Shown: positions 25,797-37,789 of the stretch, in pieces
Position numbering within the stretch: position 1 is the first letter of the stretch
Layout: each line of letters opens with the position of its first letter
DNA from: Marsupella aquatica
Taxonomy: Eukaryota; Plantae; Marchantiophyta
Reading direction: 5' to 3'
NCBI GenBank assembly: GCA_973895155.1
Contig: OZ316896.1
Location: 9,197,539-9,261,538 of the forward strand
Length of the DNA: 64,000 nt
Notes under the pieces: generated by a model
Databases searched by the model: none
Told to the model about the DNA's origin: nothing
Seen by the model: only the letters and a program-made list of their open reading frames with translations
Program-made: the position numbers and the translations under genes

Positions 25797-28048
25797 AATT
25801 AATCTGTGGACCCCCTTGTTATTTTAGAGGCAGTTATCTAGAAATTGAAGCCTAGATGGATCTCCAATTCGAAAGAAATAAAATTCAAAAATGGACAAGT
25901 CAATGTTTGATTGACACTTTAAACATTTGCCAAGCTTACCAAGGCAACCATAATTAACATTAATCACAAAACCAGTTGTAATATGAACTACTGACACACT
26001 CATTGGAAACTTAGAGAACATTGGAAACTTATAATCTCCTCAAAACTCAACTAAATCTATCAATGTTAAGTTCATTAAAAAGTTAAAGAAATTCTACAAT
26101 TCATAATCTCCTTACTACTCGATAAAATCTGTCAATTTTAGGTTCATTCTCATGGAAGGGATCACCATTTAAGGGGTTGTACAACAAAGATTTTTATTCA
26201 CGTCACAGATTATAAAATCACGGGAAAAATATATTTTTCAAATTATTTACTCAATTCTTATTGAATGGTGATAGTGCTGAGCTCATTAGGACCGTCTCTT
26301 CAAGATCTTTCCAACGTCATATTATACATGAGTTTTCATTATGATTTGACTCAGTAATGTCAAATAAAAACTGCTGTCGGGAAAATTTCATGCTTTGAAT
26401 AAAATCAAAATGTAAATAAAACCATTACTGGGAGTAGTTTTACCTCAATCTTTTTGTCTTTTGATTTGTATTTCAGTTTTTTTTACATTCTTTTTTACGG
26501 CATGGCATCCCAGTTTTTACAGCAAAGTTGCCACAAACACGAATGCAGAAGTTATTTATATCCAAAAACAAGTCTCTTCCTATTTGCGACGTGCCATGAT
26601 GATGTGGCGCGCTGTGGAGCCAGGAATTTTGGAAAGGACCCCTAATGGGGGTCTGTAATAACAAACGTGCACATTCCTGTTTGTGGCAAAAGCAACGTAA
26701 TTTTGGGGGCACCATGCCGTAAATATTAAACGTAAAAAAAACCAAAATACAAAGGAAGATATGTCATTTAGTAAAATAAAGTTACCATTCTGATGTTTGT
26801 CAAAGATATGTTAGTGTTTTATATCAACATGCTTGTAGTTTTTAATTGTTTGCACGTTTGAAAAAACCAATTGACAGAAATGTACATAGTTAAAGCCCCT
26901 TTGGCTTCACATTGTAAAACTAAATAATCAATCTCCTCAATACTTGATAAAATCTGTCAATGTTTGATTCATTGGAAAACTCAAGATCAAGATTTAGAAA
27001 CTCGTGACCTGTTTAGTATTGTCTTGATAAAATCTCTCAATATCACACTTATTGGAAAGCTAAAGTAAAATTAAAAACTCATCATCTCCTTAGTACTCGA
27101 TAAAATCTATCAATGTTAGGTTCATTGGAAAGCTAGAGAAATTCAGATACTCATGATCGCTCTAACTCTTGACGAATAATCTCAATGTCACACATTAGAA
27201 AGCTAAAGAGATCAAAAACCTCATGATCTCTTTACTACCGTGACAAAATCTGACATGAAATTTGTCAATGTCGGACTCAATGTTGGAATTCAAAGCTAAA
27301 AAAATTCATGAACTCATGATCAAAAATTTGTATACTCACACTCATTGGAAAGGCAAAGAAATTCAAAAATTCATTTGGAACTTGACAAAATTTGTCAATC
27401 TGATGCTCATTGGAAACCCTTTCTCGATTAAGAGATATCACAATCTCGTCACTGTCACAAACTTAGCCGCTGCAGATTGATTTCTTTGATTATGTCGCCA
27501 TCCCTTGTCCACAATGCTTGCTTCCCGGCTTGAATTGTTCGCATCCCTCTAGTCTTCAACTGAAACTCACTCTGAACATAGGTTGACGCCAAATGCAGCC
27601 TCTATGTCAAAGAAACAATTGTTGGTCTCCCCCTCACACCATAGCTTTCTTAAATAAAAAAGTACAAATCTTTCATGTGAAGTGATGGCTCGTTTGTTTT
27701 GTGTGTTCTTCCCACCAAATCGACAAGTGCTCTTTCGTCAACAGCTGAGTGTTGTCCTCCAGTCTGTCTTGTGACGGTAATGCTCAATGTAACTCACAAA
27801 CGATCAATCAGGAATGGTAGAAGCACAATTTTTCCAATGTGTAAGCAAAAACCGTCAAAAAATTCAATTCCTCCACATTCAACCTTCCATTTGATAAATA
27901 TTCTCTATCTTTTGAGGATTTGTTTTGTACGAGCACACACCAAGACCATTGGGAGACTCAAAACTGTTGATTACCGCCTTGCTGAAAATTAATTTCACTT
28001 CATCACACACACATTCCATGGATGAACATGGGGGTCCACGGATTAATT
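25797..28048. mobile_element. Probable ~2.25-kb non-autonomous TIR element carrying a degenerate ~70-bp tandem array and a nested fold-back insertion
   Basis: Left aattaatctgtggacccccttgtt versus reverse complement of right aattaatccgtggacccccatgtt. Internal repeats of ctcgataaaatct.tcaatgtt...ttcattggaaagcta..gaaattc...ctcatgatctc lie at ~26000-26150 and ~26930-27420. Confidence 0.55.
26477..26741. mobile_element. MITE or fold-back element with long imperfect TIRs
   Basis: Left tttacggcatgg..cc...ttgccacaaacacgaatg..gttatt pairs with right aataac...cattcctgtttgtggcaa...ccatgccgtaaa. The centre has a GACCCC-TAATG-GGGGTC hairpin. Second partial copy at 8346-8510. Confidence 0.75.
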
Positions 28049-29178
28049 CTTTTGTATTTATGAAAATGTCACGGTTTTGTGTATGGATGACAAGTTTACC
28101 AAGGTAACTAAGGGAACTATACACAGGAAACTGTGATATTTTTGTAAATACAAAAAAATAGTGCCACTATTATAAATTCAAACATCTTTATATAGTGACA
28201 ATGTACTTAAAAGATGATGTTTCTTGATTGTAGAACTCACAGTTTTGCCCATTTTCATTGTGAGTAAAAATCTTTATATACGATCAATCACTAGATCCAA
28301 AAACAAATGCAGCCAACTATATTCAGTTACTTGCTACAAGAAAAAGAGAGTGAGTTTCCGATATAATTGCTATGTCGCAAACCAATGCTACATTTTTCCC
28401 TGTTTTATTTTAGCATAAATAACAGTCTTAATGTATTCTTACAATGAGACATTTAGATGATAAAAAGATTGCAAGATGATAAGGTGAGGAAAAAATGTCA
28501 AGCTAGGTGAGGGAAGAGAAAAAATTGCCAATGCAAGGAGACAAAACATGTCCAGGGTGAGGAAAATTATCATGGTGGGCTAAAGATGTCAATATGAGAA
28601 AAAGATGTCAAGGCAAGGTAAAGATGTTCAAGAAGATAAATATGTAATGATCAAAAACATATGTCAAGGTGAGATAAAAAAACATATATGCTTTGCGATG
28701 TAGTTGTTAAGGCGTGTTATGGGTCATCCTGACCATGCAGATGTTGTGGTCAATAACCCGTGGGTTGCACATGGAAATTGGAGACCCGAGATAGTGGCCA
28801 CAGCATCATAGAGTCCAAACACAACCGAGTGACAAGGAAAAAAATTCTTTAGCTTTCAATTTTAGAGGATGGAATATTTTTTTAATTTATTTCTATTCAA
28901 AAGTTTTTCAAAATGTCTAAAGTTTCTTTTTCCAATTTTCAAAATTTTAATGTAAAGAAGTTAAATGTAAAGAAATTAAATGTAAATAGATTATCATGCC
29001 ACTTGTTTTTCTTGCTTGGAAATTAGTGCACACCAAATATAATTCACATTTGGTTTATTCCTTCCACTTTTCAGGTTTTTTAAAAAAAATTCCACCCAAA
29101 ACTGCAAGCCAAATTTGAATGATGAACTCATTTTTTGGTGCAATAGCATGTTATACTAAATCACTCCAAACCATGATA

Positions 29179-29401
29179 ACTTGTTATTCTAAATACATGT
29201 TAGTGTTTGTTTTGGATCTCAATTATTCTTGTTCAATCACTTGTTGTTATTCTAAAGACATGTTAGTGTCTATTTTGATCTCAATTATTCTTGTATAATC
29301 ACTTGTTATTCTAAATATATGTTGGTCTATTTTTGATCTCAAATATTCTTGTTTAATCACTTGTTGTTATTCCAAAAATACATGTTAGTTTCATTTTTGA
29401 T
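29179..29401. repeat. Minisatellite, ~3.7 x ~60 bp
   Basis: Units start at ~29179, 29239, 29301 and 29359: acttgttattctaaatacatgttagtgt.t.ttttgatctcaattattcttgt..aatc. Confidence 0.92.
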
Positions 29402-29702
29402 GCACAATTCCCGCGGTGCGCTAGGTTCCATGGGGCTGGGAGTGAGGAGTGCACATGTGTGTCAGCATGTTTGAGCCAATAAGATCACACTTTTCCAGAG
29501 AGTAAGGAGTGTACAAATAAGGTAAGGAGTATGATTTTCCCTCACACTCCCTATTAAACTCTAGGGGCACCCCCTGCCCCTATAGTGACACATTCTCATT
29601 CTCTCTAAAGTCAAAACTCATATATTTCAAATATAATGTACACCTTGGTACAGTGCATTCTCATTGGCTCTAAAATAAAAAATCATATATTTAATATACT
29701 AT

Positions 29703-30030
29703 TGTTAGGATTTACTCTTAGGCCTAGGTTACGACTGTACCATAGTTAAGGCTAACCTTAGTCACAGACTTGGTTAGGTTAGTCATGCTGTGCACATCCT
29801 ATAACCAAGCGGTGTTTGCTTGGAGAGAGGGAACTCAGGCTCATTGTTACGGAGCTAGTTGAGAGATAGAGAGAGCTTGCACTGTGGATGCTTGGTATGG
29901 CCGGTCGGCCTAGAGTGCAATAAAGCTTGTGTGTGTTCCCGTGGAGGTGAACCACGTATCTCTCTGTGTTGACTCTTGTGCGTTGGATGGTTCATGGACT
30001 TGCCGTTGCGATTGTCGTCTATGCTCAACA
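29703..30030 (+). mobile_element. Solo LTR (328 bp) of an LTR retrotransposon
   Basis: Begins TGTT and ends AACA. Identical 5-bp TSD ACTAT at 29698-29702 and 30031-30035. Internal TATAA (~29800) and AATAAA (~29919). It interrupts a tandem repeat (atgtacaccttggtacagtgcattctcattggct on both sides). Confidence 0.9.
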
Positions 30031-30297
30031 ACTATGTGCACCTTGGCCGGTGTATTTGGCCCCAGGGGGAGTGATCTTAAAATAAAATGTACACCTTGGT
30101 ACAGTGCATTCTCATTGGCTCCAAATCAGAATTCCTATATTTAAAATACTATGTACAGATTGGAATGGTGTAAGTAATCCCTGTTATGAAGAAAGGTTAC
30201 CGGTGTGTAACTGTTTCTACCAAGTGCCACAATTTCCATAACCCTGTGCCCAGAGAGTATTGCCCGGTAATCTTTTTTTCCAGGTAGGTATTGTGTA

Positions 30298-30450
30298 CAA
30301 ACAAGAACTTAACAGGACCCCTTTGGCATCTCCTAGACTTAACCAGACCCTTGTGAGTAAAATGCCATCAAGATCTGAGCAAAAGAGGTAGGCAGAGGGG
30401 TCCTGGTAGGTCCAAGAGATTTTAGAGAGGTCCTGTTAAATTTTTTCTTG
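30298..30450. mobile_element. ~150-bp MITE flanked by TA (Tc1/mariner-type)
   Basis: caaacaagaacttaacaggacc ... ggtcctgttaaattttttcttg, with further imperfect inner pairing. TA at 30296-30297 and 30451-30452. Confidence 0.7.
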
Positions 30451-31659
30451 TATTACTTATGATAATGACTGTTTGGATTGGAATTCTAGTCTGAAATCTA
30501 TTTTCACAAATTTCCCAACTATCTTCAGTCACCATTTTCTCACTTTCTGGTCACAAATTATATACTAGTAACGGAGACCAATCCATCATTACCCTATATT
30601 TGGGGGCCGGGGGTGTGAGGGAGTGATCTTACTCCATGCCCCTGGCCCATGGAACCTACCCCTTAATGAGCAGCGGCTTCTCGACCAATGAAGCCTTTCT
30701 GGAGCTTCGCTTGAGCTCTACGTTACGCTTATGCTCCACTTTATTACGGTATGTTGCTGCTGATCGAGCAGCTGTCCCGAAATTCATGGAAACCCTTCTT
30801 CGCCGTAAGCTCGTGACAAGACGCCGCGATGGTTCCCTCCCTTCGCTCGCCTCCAAGCCTTCGGAGCTCTGGGCTGCCCAGAAAAAACCAGGGTCCACGA
30901 ATTGTGCTTTCCTCCAAACGAGTGTCGTTGATGACCTTGGAGCTGTAGATTTCGTCTCGTGGACCCCGGGCGGAGTTGCTTTTTGATCAGTCGCCCTGTG
31001 TGCCGGATGGAGGCCGGCTTGTGTTAGTGTGGCTTTTGCTTCTTCGGACGCGGATGCCAGGCTGCTACGGGAGTGAATGGCAGCTTGGCGTGTCAAATGC
31101 AGTGTGAAGGATCGATCGATCGATCCGATAATGAGGAACTAGGAGATTGGGAGATTCGTTTAGTCTTCCTGTGACCAGAGTGCTCTTCCGTCGCAGGCGC
31201 GGGCCTGGTATTAAGCATATGATGTGGCCGCGCTCACGTATGCTGGATGGTACATGAAACATGAAACTGCCCTATTACTTCCTATGCTCTCCTGAATGAT
31301 CATCGTTTTGCTCATCAATGTTTCATCGCTGAAAGAGTGCTAGAATGATGAAGGACTTGGGGAAGTTTGCGCCCCAGGAAGGCCTCCTGCTAGTGTGATG
31401 ACTGCTTCAATCCCCAGGCCGGTGCCACCTCAGGCCCGGCCATTTTCTCGGAACGAAGGCCTCGATCGATTCCTTAACGCTCTTTCGCGGACTTGCTTTT
31501 GAACAAGCAGTATTCTGTGCTTCCATTACATCAAGGGCTATGAAGGACGTGTAAGTGGGTCTTGTCTTCGACAGCATTTCTTTTGTATGCTCAAACCTTC
31601 AAGTGGAACTGTGTGGCATTCTGTCGTCATCGAGATAGGTCTGTTCGTTGTTGCAGAAG

Positions 31660-34551
31660 ATGTTGCGGTCAAAACAGTTGCTGCCATTTGCCAAGGGTGC
31701 GAGAGCTTGGATTGTAGCTGGATCGGTCACAAAACCTAATCCTTTAGATGGGACTAGTAATTCAGCTGAGGATGGCAAAGCAGAGCAGGGGTACTCTGGC
31801 ACCAAGGATAGCCAGTCTTCTAGACCTCATCTCCTGTCTAGGGCTGAAGATAGTCCGTTCAGGCGAGGTACTGCAGCAGCAGGGGGGGCCTCATCTGTTG
31901 CACCAAAGTTTGAGAGAACCCATGAGGGTTCCAGAAGCACATTTATTCCCGGGCCGTCGCTGGCACCCAGGTCGGTTGCGGCCTCTGTGACGATTGCAGG
32001 TAAGGACATCAATGTCATCTTACCAGTAGCAGCAGTGGACCAGCACTCAATTGACAGCAGTCAGTCAAATTCGTCAGCGGTAGTACCTTTACAAACAGTT
32101 CAAAATGCAAAGGTGCCGGTATCAAAATCTACCGCAGCTGGGCCAAAAGGCGGGTTTGCTGCTGAAAGGATTGGTGAAGCTGGTCTTGCCACTCTCAGTA
32201 ATATTTCTGGTAAGGGACCCGCCGCTAAGCATGGACAAAGTCCCACAGTGAAGGCTCGAGATGCTGAATCGCCAGTGTCGCGGAGTTACACTTCTGGTGT
32301 TGAAAGTACTGTAGTATCAGACAGGGAAGCTCCATTGAAGCACAGTAGTTCGAACAAGAAAGCTCTGGAATCAAAGTCTGCAGCAGTCTCAGCTTCATCC
32401 GTACAAGATAGCAAACTACTAACGTCTGGTGAAAGTACAACGCCAGAACGCAACTCGAAGAAACCTCTAGGTTCCGCGGACTTGAAGGAAGGTGCGTCGC
32501 TAGCAAACCACACAATTTTATTTGGCACAGTTCATGCACCTGTCGACAGTCAAAAGCAAGCAAAGAGTAAAGGAGTGGAGGCAGCGTTCATTGATAAGAA
32601 TTCCAATAGGGCACCCACCGGTCCACGCCATCAGACAGCAAAATATACCGGGTCTAATCCGAAAGGCGCTAGCTCAGAGGTCGATGTGGGTATCATTGTC
32701 GGTCGTGGACAAGATGTTAGTCAAAGAAGTGCTGGAGCTTCAACGAGCAGGGAGGTCAACTATGGAGTTTCTGGTAGTCGAAGGAAAGGGAATGGTTACA
32801 ATCATGCTGGGGTTCCCCGACAGTCACATTGGTCAGCTAGGGACTCTGGAGGAGAAGGTGGATCTAATGACATGGTGGAGCAGGTAGGGAGCATTTTGAA
32901 AAGAATGGGTTGGACCTCGCAAACAGAGGATGCCCTTGCAACCTTCAATTCAAGGCTCAGAGCTTTCCACATAAATGAGGTCCTGAAGCATCAACGAGAA
33001 CCTGGGTTGGCTTGGGCTTTTTTCAACTGGGCCAAAGGGCAGAACGGGTATAAGCATGATGTTCGAACATATACCACCATGATTGGAATCCTTGGACGAG
33101 TAAGGAATTTTGAGGCCTGTGATAGGTTGATGAACGACATGCGCAAGGAAGGATGTGAACCAAGTGTGGTTACATTTAATAGGCTGATTTATTCTTATGG
33201 TAGAGCAAATTACTTGGGAGAGGCTTTGAATCTTTTCCACCATATGCAGGAGATTGGCTGTCAGCCGGATAGAGTCACTTACTGCACTTTGATTGATCTA
33301 CATTCAAAGGCAGGCTTCCACGATATTGCCATGGACATCTGCCAGAAAATGTGGCAAGCCGGTTTTGAGCCAGACACATTTAGCTACACTCTCATAATTC
33401 ACTGCCTTGGCAAGGCCAGGAATCTTCCAGCTGCCTCCCAGCTATTTCAGGAGATGATAGACAAAGGTTACACCCCGAACTTAGTAACCTACAACATAAT
33501 GATCGACTTGCATGCCAAAGCAGGCAAGCATTATCTGGCTTTGAAGCTCTATAATGACATGCAAGATGCGGGTTATCGTCCAGATAATGTGACTTACAGC
33601 GTCATAATGGAGGTGCTCGGTCACTCTGGGCATATGGATGAGGCTGAAAACGTATTCAATGAAATGGAGCAAGCAGGATGGAGTGCAGATGCTACTACTT
33701 ATGGGTCCCTGGTGTACATGTGGGGACAAACTGGCAATATCAAGAAGGCTACTGAATGGTACAACCGAATGCTTGATTCGGGGGTATCACCTAATGTTCC
33801 TACTTGTAACTCTTTGCTTTGGGCATATGTTCGAGTGAAGGATTATGAAGCAGCTCGGCAGGTGCTTGCGGGCATGCCCAAATGGGGCCTTTATCCAAAC
33901 CTTCCTACCTACACTCTCCTCCTGAGTAATTGCACCACATGTAAAAATCAGCAGGATGTTGATTCAACGCTTCTAATTATGAGTAGGACTGGGCATTCTG
34001 CCCACGGGTTCATTTGTAGATTACTTAACGAAACAGATTCTAGGGCAAACACAACTTACGTTCAACAATTTTTTGATAGTTTGCGTGAAGAAGGGCAGGA
34101 GAACAAACGAGGTTTTGCCGATGCATCGATTGAGTTTTTCTATAAATTAGATCAGAAGGGTACAGCAGGTATTGTTTGGGAAGTTGCAGTGGAGAAGAAC
34201 CTCTATCCCTCTGCAATTTGTCAGAGAGCTCCAAATTACTGGATAGTGGATCTGCATGTCATGTCTATAGGGACAGCAGTGATTGCCTTGTTAAGAACGC
34301 TGGCTGGTCTGCGGGAGAGAATGCTAGCTACAGGAGAAATTCCAGACAGAATTGAGATTGTGACTGGATGGGGAAAGCACAGTAGGGTCTCAGGCTTCTC
34401 CAAAATCAAGAATGTGGTGGAGAATATTCTGCAGGCTCTCCATGCCCCATTTCATGTCGACAATTCCAATGGAGGGTGCTTTGTTGGCTCGGGAAAGTCT
34501 CTTGTGGATTGGCTGCACCAACCTGACATGGACCACATGCTTGCACTTTAG
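31660..34551 (+). CDS. P-class PPR protein with C-terminal SMR domain (At1g18900/At1g74750-like), intronless, 963 aa
   Basis: ATG at 31660 just after acceptor TTGCAG (31656). N-terminus MLRSKQL, then a long low-complexity region and ~9 tandem 35-aa PPR motifs (YTTMIGILGR, FNRLIYSYGR, YCTLIDLHSK, YNIMIDLHAK...). SMR domain has VDLHVMS.GTA and IEIVTGWGKHS. Confidence 0.95.
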   Translation: MLRSKQLLPFAKGARAWIVAGSVTKPNPLDGTSNSAEDGKAEQGYSGTKDSQSSRPHLLSRAEDSPFRRGTAAAGGASSVAPKFERTHEGSRSTFIPGPSLAPRSVAASVTIAGKDINVILPVAAVDQHSIDSSQSNSSAVVPLQTVQNAKVPVSKSTAAGPKGGFAAERIGEAGLATLSNISGKGPAAKHGQSPTVKARDAESPVSRSYTSGVESTVVSDREAPLKHSSSNKKALESKSAAVSASSVQDSKLLTSGESTTPERNSKKPLGSADLKEGASLANHTILFGTVHAPVDSQKQAKSKGVEAAFIDKNSNRAPTGPRHQTAKYTGSNPKGASSEVDVGIIVGRGQDVSQRSAGASTSREVNYGVSGSRRKGNGYNHAGVPRQSHWSARDSGGEGGSNDMVEQVGSILKRMGWTSQTEDALATFNSRLRAFHINEVLKHQREPGLAWAFFNWAKGQNGYKHDVRTYTTMIGILGRVRNFEACDRLMNDMRKEGCEPSVVTFNRLIYSYGRANYLGEALNLFHHMQEIGCQPDRVTYCTLIDLHSKAGFHDIAMDICQKMWQAGFEPDTFSYTLIIHCLGKARNLPAASQLFQEMIDKGYTPNLVTYNIMIDLHAKAGKHYLALKLYNDMQDAGYRPDNVTYSVIMEVLGHSGHMDEAENVFNEMEQAGWSADATTYGSLVYMWGQTGNIKKATEWYNRMLDSGVSPNVPTCNSLLWAYVRVKDYEAARQVLAGMPKWGLYPNLPTYTLLLSNCTTCKNQQDVDSTLLIMSRTGHSAHGFICRLLNETDSRANTTYVQQFFDSLREEGQENKRGFADASIEFFYKLDQKGTAGIVWEVAVEKNLYPSAICQRAPNYWIVDLHVMSIGTAVIALLRTLAGLRERMLATGEIPDRIEIVTGWGKHSRVSGFSKIKNVVENILQALHAPFHVDNSNGGCFVGSGKSLVDWLHQPDMDHMLAL

Positions 34552-35980
34552 CACATGAAGGTGCGGTCACTGTGACTTCAAGATACAGGGCATCACCGAA
34601 GCATCTTGGTAAGTTGTTGTGAATATTGATGATTGCGTGCATTGCCAAGTTAGCAGCTAAGATTGTTTAATTCAAGCGAAAGCTGTGAGGGTCTTTATGG
34701 TTGTAGGCTAGTTCCTTGCAACCTCTGGTTTGTTCTTGTGAGTTAATACTATTTCACTAGCTGCAAGAGACAATATGATCTGAAAATATTTTCTCTATTG
34801 TGCCCTTCATCTTTGCAGACCAGTTGGTGGAGAGGCGCATTAATTAGTCCGGCATTTGTGGATGCGACGACAAGGGACGGTAGGCATTGCCATTGTAACA
34901 TATATCAACTCTAGGGTCTTATATCATTCGGCAGCACCAGTTTCAGACAAGTGAAAGCACCTTGTATCGATGTTTCTCACATTTTTGATCTTGCATAATA
35001 TAATGACAACATGGTAGTAGGCTCAAACAAAGGCCAACCTCAAGTAAACGGTGGCTCAGTTGTGGACTCTACCTATGCTACTCTTGGGAATACGATACAG
35101 ACATGTATCCGAGAAAAATTGGGAGTTGTACATCTGGAAGATATGGTGTGTACAAATTTAGCGTGTCACATTTGGGAGCTCTTAATATTTGTGGTTGGGC
35201 CCCTCTTGTATCAAGCTCATCAGCTCGATGCATGGTACCTTATGCTAGAGTAATTTCAAAATTCACCAACGTAAGTAGGTGATCGGAGGCATGTCCGATT
35301 ATAGTGAATGCTTTTGTTTAGACAAGTCGTAGAGGTCTGCCTGCGAGCCACGTTATGCTATGCAAGGGGGCATTTCTATCCCATATACTTTGAGTCACAT
35401 ACGCACCAACCGCCGTATTGCTACCTACATATGCTTCTATTCGAATTCAATCACGCCTAATCATCTTGCACCGTAGTATCAAATACCAAGTACTGTAGAA
35501 CGTTTTGATTTGTTTATCCTTAAGTCTCAAAACAACTTTGCTAGTTAACCCAACTACTCTCCTTCGATGGGCGTGTCTACTGCAGAAAGCACCCATATCC
35601 TGTTTGGGGCACCAGTCATGCTGTCCAGAAACATGCGATCACCAAGCCTACTTTCAGCCTGACTGCAGAATCAGCTACCGTAGTTTACTCGTAGAGGGAA
35701 CAGTAACATCTAGAAGTCCTGAGTTGGTCATTGCTTTAGTCCCTATTTTCAAAGTGCCTGGGATGGAGACTTGCGAACAAAAGCACCAAAGATTTGTACT
35801 TTAGATCCCCTCTGCTAAAATGAACGTAGAATGTTTATCCAGAGAATCCGATCCAATCCTTGATACTGCTTAGACCCTTTGCAATTGAGAACGCTTACAG
35901 CACAATGAAACAGACCTTCCCAAGTCTCAGCTCGACGAAAACGCCACTACTGAATCTGTCGCATCAACATGAGTCTGGCC

Positions 35981-36135
35981 CATCGGCGATTGATTCATTG
36001 TAGAAACGCTGGAGTTCAAAGGCGATTAATCCGCAACATCAGCGATTGATGCATTGCAGAAACGCTTTGAGTTGAAAGGCCATGAATCTGAACATCAGGG
36101 ATTGATTGATAGCAGAACAGCTTTTGAGTTGAAAG
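35981..36135. repeat. Degenerate 3 x ~56-bp tandem repeat
   Basis: catc.g.gattgat....t.g.agaa..gct..gagtt.aaag occurs three times. Confidence 0.8.
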
Positions 36136-37789
36136 AAAAAAAGTCATGGCAATGAAATACAAATCCATCACTTCACTACAAGTGAGCCATCCTGTCGATC
36201 TGACCGATCCACCCAGTCAATTTTGGGCGAAACCGGCCATAACAGGTTCCGGTCGAGTGCAGAGGCCGGCTGAAAACCGGCACGTGTCGAGGACCCTGGC
36301 AATGTGGATCACCGTAGACTTTCTTTTCTCGTCCTTGGTTGTCACTATTATGACATCTGGGCCGTCCACTGCTCCAGACTATTGTGATGATTGCTCTTAG
36401 GCCACTCTCACCCCTGATTAGTATCCTGCCCCAAAACTCGTCTCTATGTTTCATATACCACCCAGAGCTATCCACTATTGATCCGTGAGCTAAAACGTGA
36501 AACTTCCCGAACGTGGACTGATTAGTAAGTACATAGGCTCCTTACCCATCTATCACGCCCTTTTCTATTGCTAGGTCCAGCTCAATTGCGACTACACCTA
36601 ACTTTGACCACACCCCCGCCTTGACGCTACACTCTCCAGTCTCCATGGCCCTTGTGACTTTCCCACATTATCAGTTACATGAAGCTTGTGTCTATGCTTT
36701 GCTCAAGCAGGACAGACAGACTTGCAAATGGGGAGATGAAATCAAGCAAATAACCAGGGCCCTCTTGCATTAAGAACTTGATGGACCGCAAAGATTGATT
36801 AAGGACTTGACCAGGCCCTTGAGTTTGGACGGTGAGCTAGCGGTCAGAAATTCAAAAATGTAGTACTTTGGTTGCAGTTGTTGTCTGGAATTAAAGACAC
36901 AAAAGTGATTTTAAAAACCTTTGTATTTTGCATGCCTCCTTCCTGCCTGGTGATTAGGCCTTCACAAACTTCAAATTATGCCAAAAAGTTATCCATGCCG
37001 GGAAGGCTTAAGAGCTATGTTATTATTGGTGGTGCTTTTCATGCTTGGGTGAGAAATGATTGATTGATATTTTCCAGACAGCCCATATGATTTATTCTCA
37101 TTTTACTTTGGCCTATAGGTACTTTGCAACATATGGAAAATTTTCTCACCTTGTGCGTAAATAATAATGTTCACTTTGATTGAGAGTTATATAAATTCTA
37201 CCAAGAAAGGCCGTCAGATAAGGAAAGGCACCCCAGCAGTGAAAGATTCGTAGGCTTGATTGAAAGCTAAGAGTGACTAGTTGAGACTGGCACAATCAGT
37301 GAGAACTGTTTTATTGGGTATTCACTAGATTTCTTCTATTTTTTAATGAGATTTTGGAAATTCCCATGTAATTGCCCTGCCATACTTCTGTTGCACAAGT
37401 ACAGTCCGAGGACAGTGTGGATTTTATGAGGAAATTAATTGAAGCCATTTGCAGGAATTTGCATCACTTAGAGGCACTTTGCAAGAATGAGAAGACAAAA
37501 CATGAGAGGTCACTTTGTTCTACCATACCTGATCCACAGGTCCACGTAGACTATCTCTTGACCAGAAAAGTGGTCAGGCAGTGCCTTAAATCCTCATTTG
37601 ACAGAATGAGACTCAACAAGAGTTCCTTTCAAATGCTACCTCCAGAGGTGGTCTATACTTTGTCCACAACTACACTGAGTGTACATTTAAGCATTTTGGG
37701 AGACCCCTGTAGTCCAGTACAAGTGGCCTCCCACCTCTATGCCCGCCTTTATGTAACATAAAAGTGTACTAGTCATTTGATATGAACAG

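Noticed and set aside
30636-31096. 116-aa (+) and 146-aa (-) ORFs upstream of PPR-SMR
   Set aside because: No motif; GC-rich promoter or 5'UTR-like sequence commonly gives such ORFs.
37372-37761. 129-aa ORF
   Set aside because: Non-ATG start, no recognisable domain, no splice context.
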